Positions 10,173 to 20,971 of a stretch of DNA of 64,000 bases are shown here, in pieces. The notes under the pieces are model-generated. The model did no database searches. It saw only the letters and a program-made list of their open reading frames with translations, and was not told where the DNA came from. Position numbers and translations under genes: made by a program. This stretch comes from Smithellaceae bacterium (GTDB lineage: Bacteria > Desulfobacterota > Syntrophia > Syntrophales > Smithellaceae): the NCBI GenBank assembly GCA_963667845.2, contig CAXXVL010000001.1:192001-256000 (forward strand), given 5' to 3'. The first letter of the stretch is position 1. Every line of letters starts with the position of its first letter.

Positions 10173-10270
10173 GCGGCTTCGGGACAGCGTTATTGCCGCG
10201 AATGAGCACGGTGCATAAGAAGAGCATAAGTTTCCGGATCAAAAATAATTCAAATGAAAGAGGTATCAAG

Positions 10271-11038
10271 ATGAGCCAGACGGTTTTAAAAGAATCAAAA
10301 GACGGTATTCTGTTGTTGACACTGAACCGGCCCGACAAAAAAAACGCGTTTAACGCCGAGCAGTGGAAGGCGCTGGCCGCGGAGCTGGATGCCGCACGTG
10401 AAGATGACGACGTCACCGTGGTTGTTCTCACAGGCGCGGGCATTGATTTTTCGGCAGGTCAGGACTTGAAGGATTCCGTAGTTTCCGGGGCGCTCTTAAG
10501 TTACCGGATTCTGGAGCGCGCCGTCATCGACTTTGACAAACCGCTCATCGCGGCGGCCCGGGGCGTTGCCGTCGGAGGAGGCGCGACCATTCTGTTCCAT
10601 TGCGATGTGGTTTACGTGGGTGAAAGCCTGCGCCTGCGCATGCCGTTTAACAGTCTGGCGATGGCGCCCGAATTTGCCAGCAGCTACATGCTGCAGGCGA
10701 TCGTCGGACCGCAGCGCGCGGCTGAATTCCTGATGACGGCCCAATGGATTGACGCCGAAAAGGCGGTGGCGTCGGGAATCGCCTCACGCAAGTTCACGGA
10801 TGATGAGCTTCTGCCCAGGGCCATGGCGAAGGCAGCCGAGATCGCGCAGTGGCCGCTGATTTCTCTCCGGGAAACCAAACGGTGCCTGAAGATGGCGCAT
10901 AAGGCGGGAATAGACGCCGCCATTAAAACTGAACATGAGGCCATGGACAGGCTCTCCGATACGCCGGAAAAGACCGAGGCTGTGACGGCCTTCATTGAAA
11001 AGCGAAAGCCGGATTTCCGCAACCTGAGAAAGAAGTAG
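10271..11038 (+). CDS. Enoyl-CoA hydratase/isomerase family protein
   Basis: LNRPDKKNAF, FSAGQDL, AVGGG, PEFASS, AFIEKRKPDF. Confidence 0.9.
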   Translation: MSQTVLKESKDGILLLTLNRPDKKNAFNAEQWKALAAELDAAREDDDVTVVVLTGAGIDFSAGQDLKDSVVSGALLSYRILERAVIDFDKPLIAAARGVAVGGGATILFHCDVVYVGESLRLRMPFNSLAMAPEFASSYMLQAIVGPQRAAEFLMTAQWIDAEKAVASGIASRKFTDDELLPRAMAKAAEIAQWPLISLRETKRCLKMAHKAGIDAAIKTEHEAMDRLSDTPEKTEAVTAFIEKRKPDFRNLRKK

Positions 11039-11149
11039 CACGAAAAGCGTTTGATGATTTGGCAAGGAGTGCGCTGCAGCCCGCTGCGATGGAGGCTTTT
11101 GTTTTCGGAATTGCCGCTGGCCGACCGGGTCTCTTTTCAGGAGCAGGCT

Positions 11150-12040
11150 CTACGTCGCCCAATACCTTCCCGCGTCATCAGCGGCCGCCATGCCTTTCTT
11201 CATCAGCCTGTCCAGGTGCTTTGCCAGCATGGCCTTCTCCCAATACTCAACGAAGATTGTGGGATGTGCGGGGTAGATGATCATTTTCCCGGCCAGCTCA
11301 GCAATGGTGCTCGGCCTTTCCCGGAGGGCTGCCAAAACCTTCTCGTCGCGCCGGTAAATCCGCCCCTTGTATTCCTCAAATGCCTCACGGACACGCGGCG
11401 CGGCTAAAATCTCCTTGTTGTGCCCGGAGACAACGCGGTCCGGTTTCATTGCGATGATCCGGTCGATGGACGCGATGAAATCATCCACGGGCGTCGCGGC
11501 GTCACCATACCAGGGGCCGACCTTTGTCAGGCAGATATCGCCGCAGAAGAGCAGACCTTCGTCGGGAAAGAGGAACGTCAGATGGCCCGATGTATGCCCG
11601 GGCATGTGCATGACATGAATTCTTGTTCTTCCGGCGTCGATCACGTCTCCTTCATCAATAGTTCCGTCGACGCGCCACTCTTCCATAAAGGAGGGCTTCA
11701 TCGCGCCGATGAGATGGGCAAACTCCTCGGGGTCCTCCTTCATGTACTTTTCCCAGTTATCGATTGAACCGATCTTCATGTGGTCCCGGAAGTTCTCCTG
11801 CTCCAGCGGATGGGTGATGATCCGGGCATTGACGAAGAGATCGTTATCCCACACGTGGTCCAGGTGGCAGTGGGAGTTGATGAGGATATCGACGTCTTCC
11901 GGCCTGGCCTGCTCCATAATCTTACCCGCACCGCTGTCAATCATGACGCGTGTATCATCGTCGATGAGCACGGCGTTGGATTTGCTGAACCCTTCTTCGG
12001 TAAAAAATATCGATATTCTGTCATTTATTTTTTGAATCAT
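11150..12040 (-). CDS. Metallo-beta-lactamase-fold hydrolase with C-terminal helical extension
   Basis: SHCHLDH, PGHTSGH, FCGD, SGH. Confidence 0.85.
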   Translation of the reverse strand: MIQKINDRISIFFTEEGFSKSNAVLIDDDTRVMIDSGAGKIMEQARPEDVDILINSHCHLDHVWDNDLFVNARIITHPLEQENFRDHMKIGSIDNWEKYMKEDPEEFAHLIGAMKPSFMEEWRVDGTIDEGDVIDAGRTRIHVMHMPGHTSGHLTFLFPDEGLLFCGDICLTKVGPWYGDAATPVDDFIASIDRIIAMKPDRVVSGHNKEILAAPRVREAFEEYKGRIYRRDEKVLAALRERPSTIAELAGKMIIYPAHPTIFVEYWEKAMLAKHLDRLMKKGMAAADDAGRYWAT

Positions 12041-12074
12041 CTTTTATTGCTCCTTAAAAAAGGACATTGCCGGG

Positions 12075-13283
12075 CTACTTGCGCAGGGCCATGACATCTT
12101 TGCAGCCGAGCATGTAATCCTTCGGCGCTATCGTCACGATATCGGAAGCAATTAGAAACGGATAGTGCGGGGACTTCCCGGTCACGCCGAAAAACATCGG
12201 CAGCAGAAGCTGGTGATCGCAGGCCCGGAGCTCCAGCGGACCGACGGGGCTCGCGATGACCATTCCCTCGAGCGCGTCGATCAATTTTTCCTTATCTATC
12301 TTACCGGCCCTGACGTAAGCCTTTTCCAGGAGCATGCCGACTGCGTATCCATAGAGCGCACCCGCCTTGGGGTATCGGTTATAATTTGCCCGAAAGTCTT
12401 TTACAAAGGTTTTGTTTTCGGGGGTGTCGGGATAAAAGAAAAGGTAATTTGCCGTGCCATAGATTCCGGCAGGGGCGGCGGATCCCTGGGGCTCGAGCGT
12501 GGAAAGTTCTATGCCGGTGTGCTGATAAAAGGGGATCTTCTTCTCCAATCCGGCGGCTTTCGCCGCCTGCTGGAAGCTGACCATGCTTGCGCCGCCTGTG
12601 GCAACAATGATGAAATCCGGTTTGGCGTGAAGGATAGCGCTGATGTAAGGTGTAAAATCCGTGGTACCTACTTTCCACCATGATTCGCTGAGTTTCCGGA
12701 CAGCGGGTTTTAATGTTTTCAAATGATTCCAAAGGTCATCGGCAATGGCGTGCCCATATTCATAATCATCGCCGGCAATCCAATACGTAAGGAAAGGCCT
12801 TTTGGCCAGGGCGGTCGCTGCAGCGCGGCCGGCCATCTGCGTGTTGTCCGTGGCCATGAAGACATAGCGGTGGCCTTTCTCCCCGCTGATTTTGTCGCTT
12901 TTGCCATAGGTGACGATAAACGGAATCTTTTCGTCTCTGGCGAAGCCGGAAACGGCCAGGGACGAGCCGCTGTTGAGCGTACCGACCAGGACATCAACCT
13001 TTTCCCGGAAAACGAGTTCTCTGGCCATAGCCAGCGCAAGATCCGGTGTAAACTTGTCATCTCTCGCGACAAACTCGATCTTCTTTCCCAGGATGCCTCC
13101 CCGGGCATTCACTTTGTTTGCGGCCATTTTAAAACCATCGAGAACGTCAAACGTAAAAGCCGCTGCCGGACCCGTGTAGGTGTCTACAAACCCCACTTTG
13201 ATCGTATCCCCCGCAAAAGAGCCGGAGGCGCCTGTGAGTCCAAAAAGAAGAAGGCTTATTGCAATGAAGATAATGTGTTTCAT
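12075..13283 (-). CDS. Branched-chain amino acid-type ABC substrate-binding protein (no cognate permease nearby)
   Basis: Signal peptide; IKVG..TGPAA, N..GGILGKKIE...RDD, DYEYG, TDF.PYI. Confidence 0.9.
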   Translation of the reverse strand: MKHIIFIAISLLLFGLTGASGSFAGDTIKVGFVDTYTGPAAAFTFDVLDGFKMAANKVNARGGILGKKIEFVARDDKFTPDLALAMARELVFREKVDVLVGTLNSGSSLAVSGFARDEKIPFIVTYGKSDKISGEKGHRYVFMATDNTQMAGRAAATALAKRPFLTYWIAGDDYEYGHAIADDLWNHLKTLKPAVRKLSESWWKVGTTDFTPYISAILHAKPDFIIVATGGASMVSFQQAAKAAGLEKKIPFYQHTGIELSTLEPQGSAAPAGIYGTANYLFFYPDTPENKTFVKDFRANYNRYPKAGALYGYAVGMLLEKAYVRAGKIDKEKLIDALEGMVIASPVGPLELRACDHQLLLPMFFGVTGKSPHYPFLIASDIVTIAPKDYMLGCKDVMALRK

Positions 13284-13456
13284 AACAGAATCCTTTTGTA
13301 TAAGAACGCCTTGCGGCTCTGACGATCCGAAAGCAAGCTGTCGCCTTTGATGGGGTGATAAACGGCAACCGATCTGTTCAGGATAACAAAACGCACTCGT
13401 CAGGGATCAATCATAGTCCCGTCCTGAAAGAACGGAGATCCGCCGCCGCAATTCTT

Positions 13457-14764
13457 TTACACCAGATACATGTTTTCCGCTTCCCTGAGCAGATCATCCC
13501 GGAAACGGGGATGCGCCAGGCTGATCACGGCCAGGGCTCTGCCGCGGGTGGATTTGCCTTTCAGGTTGACGATGCCGTACTCCGTGGCCAGGTAGTGCGT
13601 ATCCATCCTTGGTACGGTGATCGCGTTGCCCACGCCTAGACGCGGCACGATGCGGGACAGCGCGCCGTCGTGCGCCGTCGAGTAAAAGGCGATGATGGAT
13701 TTTCCACCCTGCGAGTTGAATGCGCCGCGCACAAAATCAAGCTGACCGCCGGTGCCCGAATACTGCGCTCCGTCAAGCGTTTCCGAATTGCACTGTCCCA
13801 GCAGATCCACCTCGATGGTGGCGTTGACGGAGATGAAATTGTCCTGCCTGGCGATGTTGACCGGGTCGTTCACATACGACACCGGATAGCTTTCGCAACC
13901 CGGATTGTCATGGATGAACTCATAGAGTTCTTTGTCGCCCAGGGCATTGGTGAAAACGTGTTTGCGGGGATTCAGAATCTTTCTGCGTCCGGTGACCGCC
14001 CCTTGTTTAATCAACTTCATCAAAGCCGGATTGAAGAGCTCACTGTGGATGCCCAGGTCTTTTCGATCGCTTAAGAATTCGCAGACTTTGGCGGGAATGC
14101 CGCCGATTCCCACTTGCAGACTTGCTCCGTCGGGAATCTCGGCCGCAACAATACGCGCGATGGCTTCGGCCTCGGGCTTGGGTGTCGAAAAAGCGATTTC
14201 AAAAAGCGGAGTGTTGTTCTCCACGATCGCGTCTACTTCCGACACATGCAGCAGGGAATCGCCGAAGACACGCGGCATGTTCTCGTTCACTTCGACAATC
14301 AGGGTTTTGCAGCATCTGGCCGCCGTCGAGATGTAATCGTTTACCGTGCCGAACGTGAAGAATCCGTTTGGGTCCATGGGGGATACGGTCGTCACCGTGA
14401 CATCCACTTCCATAAACTCCCGGATCAATCGGGGGATCTGGTGGAATAGATTGGGAATATAATAGTCCAGTCCGACGTGAACAAATCCACGGTTCGAGGG
14501 TGAGACAAACCACGAAAACGCCGTCAGGCAGTCTCTGAATTCCGGCGCCAGATAGGTGGCGGCGGCGTGCTTCGACGGCAGCAGTGTATAGATCTCAATG
14601 CCCTTTAAATCGCCGTCTCTCAGCCTTCCGGCGATGGCGCTGAGCAGGGCCGGCGGTTCGGCAGACGCCATTCCATGAATAATCCTGCCGCCGTTCGGAA
14701 TTGAGGCGACGGCCTTCTCGGGTGTCATCAGCTTTTTTTGGTAAAGATCGCGGTATTGGGACAT
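13457..14764 (-). CDS. Acetyl-CoA hydrolase/transferase (4-hydroxybutyrate CoA-transferase-like)
   Basis: EVNENMPRVFG, LQVGIGGIP, LGIHSE (catalytic Glu), SGTGGQLDF, TEYG. Confidence 0.9.
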   Translation of the reverse strand: MSQYRDLYQKKLMTPEKAVASIPNGGRIIHGMASAEPPALLSAIAGRLRDGDLKGIEIYTLLPSKHAAATYLAPEFRDCLTAFSWFVSPSNRGFVHVGLDYYIPNLFHQIPRLIREFMEVDVTVTTVSPMDPNGFFTFGTVNDYISTAARCCKTLIVEVNENMPRVFGDSLLHVSEVDAIVENNTPLFEIAFSTPKPEAEAIARIVAAEIPDGASLQVGIGGIPAKVCEFLSDRKDLGIHSELFNPALMKLIKQGAVTGRRKILNPRKHVFTNALGDKELYEFIHDNPGCESYPVSYVNDPVNIARQDNFISVNATIEVDLLGQCNSETLDGAQYSGTGGQLDFVRGAFNSQGGKSIIAFYSTAHDGALSRIVPRLGVGNAITVPRMDTHYLATEYGIVNLKGKSTRGRALAVISLAHPRFRDDLLREAENMYLV

Positions 14765-15321
14765 GTGCCACCTCGCAAGTACGGCCACAGAGAGATATTT
14801 TTATTGACGATAAGACATACGAATAACGCTCCGGCGTGTCAATTAATTTTTCATTTAAGCCCATATGGCTGCCCGGGGTTCCGCTGGAAGGAATCGGCTT
14901 AAATTTCCCGCAGCTCTCCGCTTTCTATCGAGCCGGCGACCATGGCAGCAAGGGCTTTCCGATCTATTGGCGCAGGAAAAGGTTGGGCAAGTCACTGATC
15001 ATCGTAGATAAAACCACTTGGAACATTTCCCTACCAATTGCCTATCAATGAACTAATATTGTCATTTGCAGTGAAGCATTCAAAATTAATCTCAAGCGAC
15101 AACTTGCGGTGCAGGAATCAGGAGCCTTAGGGGAACAGAGTTTCGGCATCAAGTGCCGCGCGGCAATCGCCGGCCCGGCCCGGTCCCCGCGCCTCGAAAG
15201 AGGGATTCCTGTGACTCAACAAAGGATACAGGGAATTTTTCGCGGCGTAAATTTGATTTGAGGCGGGCTGTCCCGCCAATAACCGGATTTCGAAATTTGT
15301 TTGTCAGAAAGGATGATAGCA

Positions 15322-18183
15322 ATGGGTCTGGCAGAAAAACAAGCCGAGGGTGTTCGTGAAATAAATATTGATTCCTCTCAATCGATTGACGCTTTGATGA
15401 AAATTATTAAAGAGCTTGTGACCGAACTTCACCCGACCTGGTCAAAACACAGAAAAATATTGCCGAACAGTTTGTTGTCGCAGGATTTGGGACTGGATAG
15501 TCTCGCAAGGGTAGAGCTTCTGGCGCGTATTGAAAGAAATCTGGAGGTAAATCTCCCGGAGGAAAATTTCATCACCGCGGAAACCGCCCGCGATCTGTGG
15601 AAGGCGATTGCCGATGCGGGGCATTCTTTCAAGCCGGCAGCCTATGAAGAGACCAAAACAGAGGAAATCGGCGAGGCGCATGATCTGCCGCACGATGCCG
15701 AGACCCTGATCGATGTCCTCGACTGGCATGTTGAGCATAACCCGGACCGGCCCCATCTTCGTCTGTATAATGATAAAGATGAAATCGAAGAGCTGACGTA
15801 CCGGCAGCTGAGTGAAGGGGCGCGTGCAGTGGCTGCCGGCATTCAGGCCAGAGGACTGCTGCCGGGGGATACCGTTTCGATTATGCTGCCCACCGGCCGT
15901 GAATATTTCTTTACGTTTCTGGGGATTCTGCTTGCCGGCGGCATACCGGTTCCCATCTATCCGCCCTTTCGCTTAAACCAGCTTGAGGACCATATGCGCC
16001 GCCACAGCACGATTCTCCAGAGTTGCAGCGCCAAAATGATGATCACGATTCCGGAAGCAAAGGCCTTTGCGCATGTCCTCAAGGCGCAGGTAGAGAGCAT
16101 GGATACTGTGGCCACGGTCCGGGAATTAACGTCGAACCATGCCCTGTATAGAATGTACGACCCGGCTTCGACCGAGACTGCCTTTCTCCAATATACATCC
16201 GGCAGCACCGGCAACCCCAAAGGCGTCACGCTCACCCACGCCAATCTGCTGGCCAACATCCGGGCGTTGGGGGAGGTAGTGAAAGTGAAGTCTACGGATG
16301 TGATCGTGAGCTGGCTGCCCTTGTATCATGATATGGGCCTCATCGGAACGTGGATGAGCAGCCTCTATTATGCGGCCATGCTCGTGGTCATGTCTCCTTT
16401 GAGTTTCATTGCCCGGCCGCACCGCTGGCTTTGGGCCATTCACCATCACCACGGCACCATCTCGGCCGCTCCCAATTTTGCCTATGAGTTATGTCTGAAA
16501 AGGATCGTGGATGAGGATATCAAGGGTCTCGATCTGTCTTCCTGGAGAATTGCCTGCAACGGCGCCGAGCCGGTAAGCCCCGATACCGTGGAGAATTTCT
16601 GCGGCCGCTTCGCTGCATACGGCTTTCAGCGCGAAGCGATGATGCCGGTTTACGGGCTTGCGGAATGTTCGGTCGGCCTGGCTTTTCCGCCGCTGAATCG
16701 CGGCCCTCTTGTTGACCGGATCAACCGCGACGTTTTTGTCAATCTCGGCCATGCAGTTCCTTCGGATGAAGCGGATGATCTCGTTCTGCGGTTTGTTGCC
16801 TGCGGCCACCCGCTGCCCGGCCATGAGGTGCGCATCGTCGACGCAAGTGAACGGGAATTGCCGGAGCGCCATGAAGGAATGCTTCATTTCCGCGGACCTT
16901 CGGCTACAGCCGGTTACTACCACAACGCTGAAGATACGCAGGCGCTCTTTCACGGCGACTGGCTCGATTCCGGGGATATGGCCTACATCGTAGGCGGCGA
17001 TATATTTATTACGGGACGGAAAAAAGACATCATCATCCGTGCGGGCCGAAACATCTATCCCCAGGAGCTCGAAGAAGCCGTGGGCAACGTGGCCGGCATC
17101 AGGAAGGGGAATGTTGTCGTCTTTGCCTCCCGCGACACCGTCAATCAAACGGAGAAGCTGGTGGTGATGGCGGAGACCCGTGAAGACGACCCCGAAAAGC
17201 TAAGTGCTCTCAAAGAACGCATCAACGCGCTCGCCATGGATCTGGTCGGAACCGCCGCCGATGAAGTAGCGCTGGTGCATCCGGGGACCGTCCTTAAAAC
17301 CTCCAGCGGAAAAGTCCGCCGGGCCGCCAGCCGCGCTCTTTTTGAAAGCGGTGAGACTAGCCGGAAAACCAGGGCGGCGTGGCAGCAGATGGTGCGCATT
17401 GCCGCATCCGGAGTTTTGCCGGAAATCCGCCGCATGAAGCATGAAGCGGCAAATGCAGTTTATGCAGCATACTGCCTGGCGCTCTTCAGCCTCTCGGCGC
17501 CCCTGGTATGGCTTTGTGTCCTTTGCCTGCCCACACTCGAGTGGCGGTGGGCGGTGATGAGGAAAACGGCGCGGTTTCTGGCAGGGGCGACATTTACGCC
17601 CATTGACGTGCAGGGGATGGAAAATCTCACCGGCATCGGATCCTGCGTGCTGGTTTCCAATCATGCCAGTTATCTGGATAATATGGTGATGGTTGCCACG
17701 CTGCCGATGAAATTCCGGTTTGTGGCCAAAGGCGAGCTGAAAAGGCACTGGTTTACGAGGACGTTTCTGGAACGCATCGGAGCCGAATTCGTGGAGCGCG
17801 ATGATCTCCAGAAAAGCCTCGAAGACGCCCGCCGGTTTTCGCAGACGGCGCGTGACGCGCGCAATCTGCTCTTCTACCCGGAAGGAACGTTCACGCGCAT
17901 CCCGGGGCTTCGTCCTTTTTATCTGGGCGCCTTCAAGGTGTCGGTAGAAAACGATCTGCCGGTTGTTCCTATTGCGATTCGCGGCACGCGCTCCATGCTT
18001 CGGGATGTCAGCCTGTTTACCCACCGGGGCAAGATCAGCGTCACGATCGGAAACCGCATTGAACCCCGCCAATTGCAGGACCCGGCCGCGCCGGACGTTT
18101 GGGCGACGGCCATAAAGATGCGCAATGCCGCCCGGGCCCATATCCTCACGTACTGCGGTGAGCCGGATCTTGCGAGCCACTGA
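15322..18183 (+). CDS. ACP / fatty acyl-AMP ligase / PlsC-type acyltransferase fusion
   Basis: LGLDSL (phosphopantetheine Ser); LQYTSGSTGNPKG, SWLPLYHDMGLIG, YGLAE, KTSSGK; NHASYLD (HX4D) and YPEGT; start chosen by AGAAAGGA RBS. Confidence 0.9.
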   Translation: MGLAEKQAEGVREINIDSSQSIDALMKIIKELVTELHPTWSKHRKILPNSLLSQDLGLDSLARVELLARIERNLEVNLPEENFITAETARDLWKAIADAGHSFKPAAYEETKTEEIGEAHDLPHDAETLIDVLDWHVEHNPDRPHLRLYNDKDEIEELTYRQLSEGARAVAAGIQARGLLPGDTVSIMLPTGREYFFTFLGILLAGGIPVPIYPPFRLNQLEDHMRRHSTILQSCSAKMMITIPEAKAFAHVLKAQVESMDTVATVRELTSNHALYRMYDPASTETAFLQYTSGSTGNPKGVTLTHANLLANIRALGEVVKVKSTDVIVSWLPLYHDMGLIGTWMSSLYYAAMLVVMSPLSFIARPHRWLWAIHHHHGTISAAPNFAYELCLKRIVDEDIKGLDLSSWRIACNGAEPVSPDTVENFCGRFAAYGFQREAMMPVYGLAECSVGLAFPPLNRGPLVDRINRDVFVNLGHAVPSDEADDLVLRFVACGHPLPGHEVRIVDASERELPERHEGMLHFRGPSATAGYYHNAEDTQALFHGDWLDSGDMAYIVGGDIFITGRKKDIIIRAGRNIYPQELEEAVGNVAGIRKGNVVVFASRDTVNQTEKLVVMAETREDDPEKLSALKERINALAMDLVGTAADEVALVHPGTVLKTSSGKVRRAASRALFESGETSRKTRAAWQQMVRIAASGVLPEIRRMKHEAANAVYAAYCLALFSLSAPLVWLCVLCLPTLEWRWAVMRKTARFLAGATFTPIDVQGMENLTGIGSCVLVSNHASYLDNMVMVATLPMKFRFVAKGELKRHWFTRTFLERIGAEFVERDDLQKSLEDARRFSQTARDARNLLFYPEGTFTRIPGLRPFYLGAFKVSVENDLPVVPIAIRGTRSMLRDVSLFTHRGKISVTIGNRIEPRQLQDPAAPDVWATAIKMRNAARAHILTYCGEPDLASH

Positions 18184-18309
18184 TCCGGCTTCGGTAGGAC
18201 CGGGGGGAGACGGAATTCCATGCCTGCATGAGATTACCGGTCTATTTACGGTATGATCAATAATATGTTGCTATCTGGTTGAATAGATGATACTCAGCGC
18301 TTGTCAGTG

Positions 18310-18343
18310 AACCACAGGGGTCACCATACCCTGTGGTTTTTTT
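18310..18343 (+). terminator. Intrinsic terminator, or attenuator ahead of ABC-F gene
   Basis: AACCACAGGG-N9-CCCTGTGGTT followed by T tract. Confidence 0.65.
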
Positions 18344-18535
18344 ATTCCATATGAGCATTTTACCCGATGCTGAACAACGGGTTTTAAAATAAAGAAACAT
18401 ATTCCGTCATGCGGCGCGGGTCCCACCTTCAGGAGGCGACGCCGCGCATCCGGAAGGTGTCAGGTTCTCTTTGTCCGGAGCTCGGCTTCGCCGCATTGAT
18501 TCGTTTGTGTATTTTAGAAGGAGCATTAAATCAAC

Positions 18536-20140
18536 ATGATTGAAGCAGTCAATATCAGTCTTTCCTATGGGAAAAGATTATTATTCAAAGAGGTTAACAT
18601 CAAATTTACTCCCGGCAACTGTTACGGACTGATCGGGGCCAACGGATCGGGAAAGTCCACCTTTCTCAAAATTCTAGCAGGTGAACTGGATGCGGACCAC
18701 GGGGAAATTAACATCGGCCGCCGGGAGCGAATCGCGGTTCTCAGCCAGGATCAATTTGCCTTTGATAATGAAATCGTTTTCAACACCGTCATCATGGGGC
18801 ACAAGCGGCTGTATAAGGTCATGAGAGCGCGCGAGGCGATTTACGCCAAGTCTGAATTTACGGAAGAGGACGGTGTGCGTTCAGCTGAACTGGAGACTAA
18901 GTTCGCTGAAATGAACGGCTATGAAGCCGAATCCGAAGCCGCAGTGCTATTGAGCGGACTGGGCATATCCGAAGAGCTGCGGACGAAGAAGATGAAGGAG
19001 CTGGAGGCGGGTGACAAGGTCCGCGTACTCCTGGCCCAGGCTTTGTTCGGCAATCCGGATATTCTGCTCCTGGATGAACCGACGAATAACCTTGATCTGC
19101 AATCCATCCGCTGGCTCGAAGAGTTCCTCGATCGGTTTTCCAACACGGTCATCGTGGTATCCCACGACCGTCACTTTTTGAATCAGGTCTCTACGCATAC
19201 CGCCGATATCGACTTCGGGCGAATTAAGATTTATGCAGGCAATTATGATTTCTGGTACCGCGCCAGCCAGATGCATTTCCAGCAGAAGCAGAACGATAAC
19301 CGCAAAATGTCTGAAAAAGCCGAAGAATTGAAAGCATTCATCCAGCGCTTCAGCGCCAATGCATCCAAGTCCAAGCAGGCCACGTCGCGCAAGAAGCTGC
19401 TCGATAAGCTGACGCTTGCGGACATGCCGACGTCATCGAGAAAATATCCATACGTGGTGTTTACACCGGAGAGATCCTGCGGGGACATCATTCTGGAAAT
19501 ATCCAGGCTGACCAAAGCAATTGACGGCGTTAATGTGCTGGATCATTTTGACCTGAATGTCCGCAAGGGCGATAAAATCGCTTTTATCGGAGACAATGCC
19601 CTGGCCCGAACAACCCTTTTTCAGATTCTGGCGGGTGAACAGACTGCGGACGGCGGCAGTTTCCGCTGGGGCGTTACCATTAAAAATGCCTATTTCCCCA
19701 AGGAGAATAGCACTTATTTTGAACAAGAGATGACTCTGATTGACTGGCTGTGCCAGTATTCACCTCCTGAGGATGGAGAAGCCTTTGCCCGCGGCTTCCT
19801 GGGCAGAATGCTTTTTTCGGGCGAAGAGGCGCTGAAGAAAACCAGTGTTCTCTCCGGTGGCGAACGCGTTCGCTGCATGCTGTCGCGCATGATGCTCGCC
19901 GGCGCCAACGTCCTGATTCTTGATGAACCGACGAATCACCTGGATCTGGAATCGATCACTGCCCTGAATGACGGGCTTATTGCGTTTCCCGAGGTGGTTC
20001 TGTTTGCCTCGCAGGACCAGGAGTTTGTTTCCACCGCCGCCAACAGGTTTGTCGATATCGTGGGGGGAGAAGCGATCGAACGAAATCCTGATTTTGAAGA
20101 GGATGCGGACAGGCAGGGATATCTAGCCCAAGCCGTATGA
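18536..20140 (+). CDS. ABC-F family ATP-binding protein (YbiT/YkpA-like)
   Basis: Two ABC domains (GANGSGKST, LLDEPTNNLD; LSGGE, LDEPTNHLD), no TM segments, FSANASKSKQATSR linker. Confidence 0.9.
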   Translation: MIEAVNISLSYGKRLLFKEVNIKFTPGNCYGLIGANGSGKSTFLKILAGELDADHGEINIGRRERIAVLSQDQFAFDNEIVFNTVIMGHKRLYKVMRAREAIYAKSEFTEEDGVRSAELETKFAEMNGYEAESEAAVLLSGLGISEELRTKKMKELEAGDKVRVLLAQALFGNPDILLLDEPTNNLDLQSIRWLEEFLDRFSNTVIVVSHDRHFLNQVSTHTADIDFGRIKIYAGNYDFWYRASQMHFQQKQNDNRKMSEKAEELKAFIQRFSANASKSKQATSRKKLLDKLTLADMPTSSRKYPYVVFTPERSCGDIILEISRLTKAIDGVNVLDHFDLNVRKGDKIAFIGDNALARTTLFQILAGEQTADGGSFRWGVTIKNAYFPKENSTYFEQEMTLIDWLCQYSPPEDGEAFARGFLGRMLFSGEEALKKTSVLSGGERVRCMLSRMMLAGANVLILDEPTNHLDLESITALNDGLIAFPEVVLFASQDQEFVSTAANRFVDIVGGEAIERNPDFEEDADRQGYLAQAV

Positions 20141-20442
20141 TCGGAACTCCTCAAGCCGGAGCGGGCATTGGCCGGGCCGGCCGCTAACCACTGTGCCTCC
20201 GGCGCTTTAAATCACATTTATCAACGTCACTTATCTGAACGTCTTTGAGAAAAGCAGCTCTCGCCCCTGTCCGGATTTGATCCGCAGGCGCGAGAGGTCG
20301 CCCCCTGAAATTCCCGGTTTTTCGAAACGAAAGCAGTCATAATTGGCAAACTGGAGCAGGTTCAGAACGCCCCTTCTATACATCCCTGCGGTAAACGATG
20401 GAGTTTACCCCGGGGCAGGCACAATAAAGTGTCAGCCTCCGC

Positions 20443-20967
20443 TTATCGGGCTTGATTGAGGACAGAGCCTAGCTTCAGCCTTCCTTCCAGGATCAGCTCG
20501 CCTGCGATCCTCGCGGCTCTTTCGGCGGGGAGACGGCATTTTTTGATGGCATTTGCTTTGACGAATTCCATCCCCTCTTTGGGATCGGTGAGATTGAAGC
20601 TGCGCCCGAAGATATGATGCTGGACGTCACGGCAATTGCACGAGCCCAGTTCCGCTTCAAAACGCTTGCACAGCTTTCGAGCGGCGGCCGTTGTGCGCGA
20701 AACGGCGGCCAGATCGCCGGCGCTCTCCCGCCCGAAGGCCAGCCCCAGCGCCATGATGCCGGCGACGACGGCGCCGCACGTATCCCCGCGCAGCGCAATG
20801 CCCGGCATGGCGGTGGCCGCTTTTAATACCTCAGGATTACCCAGGTTAAAGTGCTCCTGCAGAGCGAGCAATGTGCCCTGCGAGCAGCTCGCGAAAAGTT
20901 CTTCATAATCGCCGGCCTTCTTTTCCAGTGCATCAAGCGATGCTTCCATGTTCTGATCGGGCGCCAT
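20443..20967 (-). CDS. C-GCAxxG-C-C family putative redox-active protein
   Basis: SCSQ, TCGAVVAG, GSCNC, KKC. Confidence 0.85.
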   Translation of the reverse strand: MAPDQNMEASLDALEKKAGDYEELFASCSQGTLLALQEHFNLGNPEVLKAATAMPGIALRGDTCGAVVAGIMALGLAFGRESAGDLAAVSRTTAAARKLCKRFEAELGSCNCRDVQHHIFGRSFNLTDPKEGMEFVKANAIKKCRLPAERAARIAGELILEGRLKLGSVLNQAR

Positions 20968-20971
20968 AGAC

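Noticed and set aside
9429..12040. Antibiotic-resistance metallo-beta-lactamases
   Set aside because: Motifs fit generic glyoxalase II-like MBL-fold hydrolases next to acyl-CoA metabolism genes; nothing specific to class B beta-lactamases.
20443..20967. Selenocysteine recoding in the C-GCAxxG-C-C protein
   Set aside because: All motif positions are ordinary Cys codons with no in-frame TGA.
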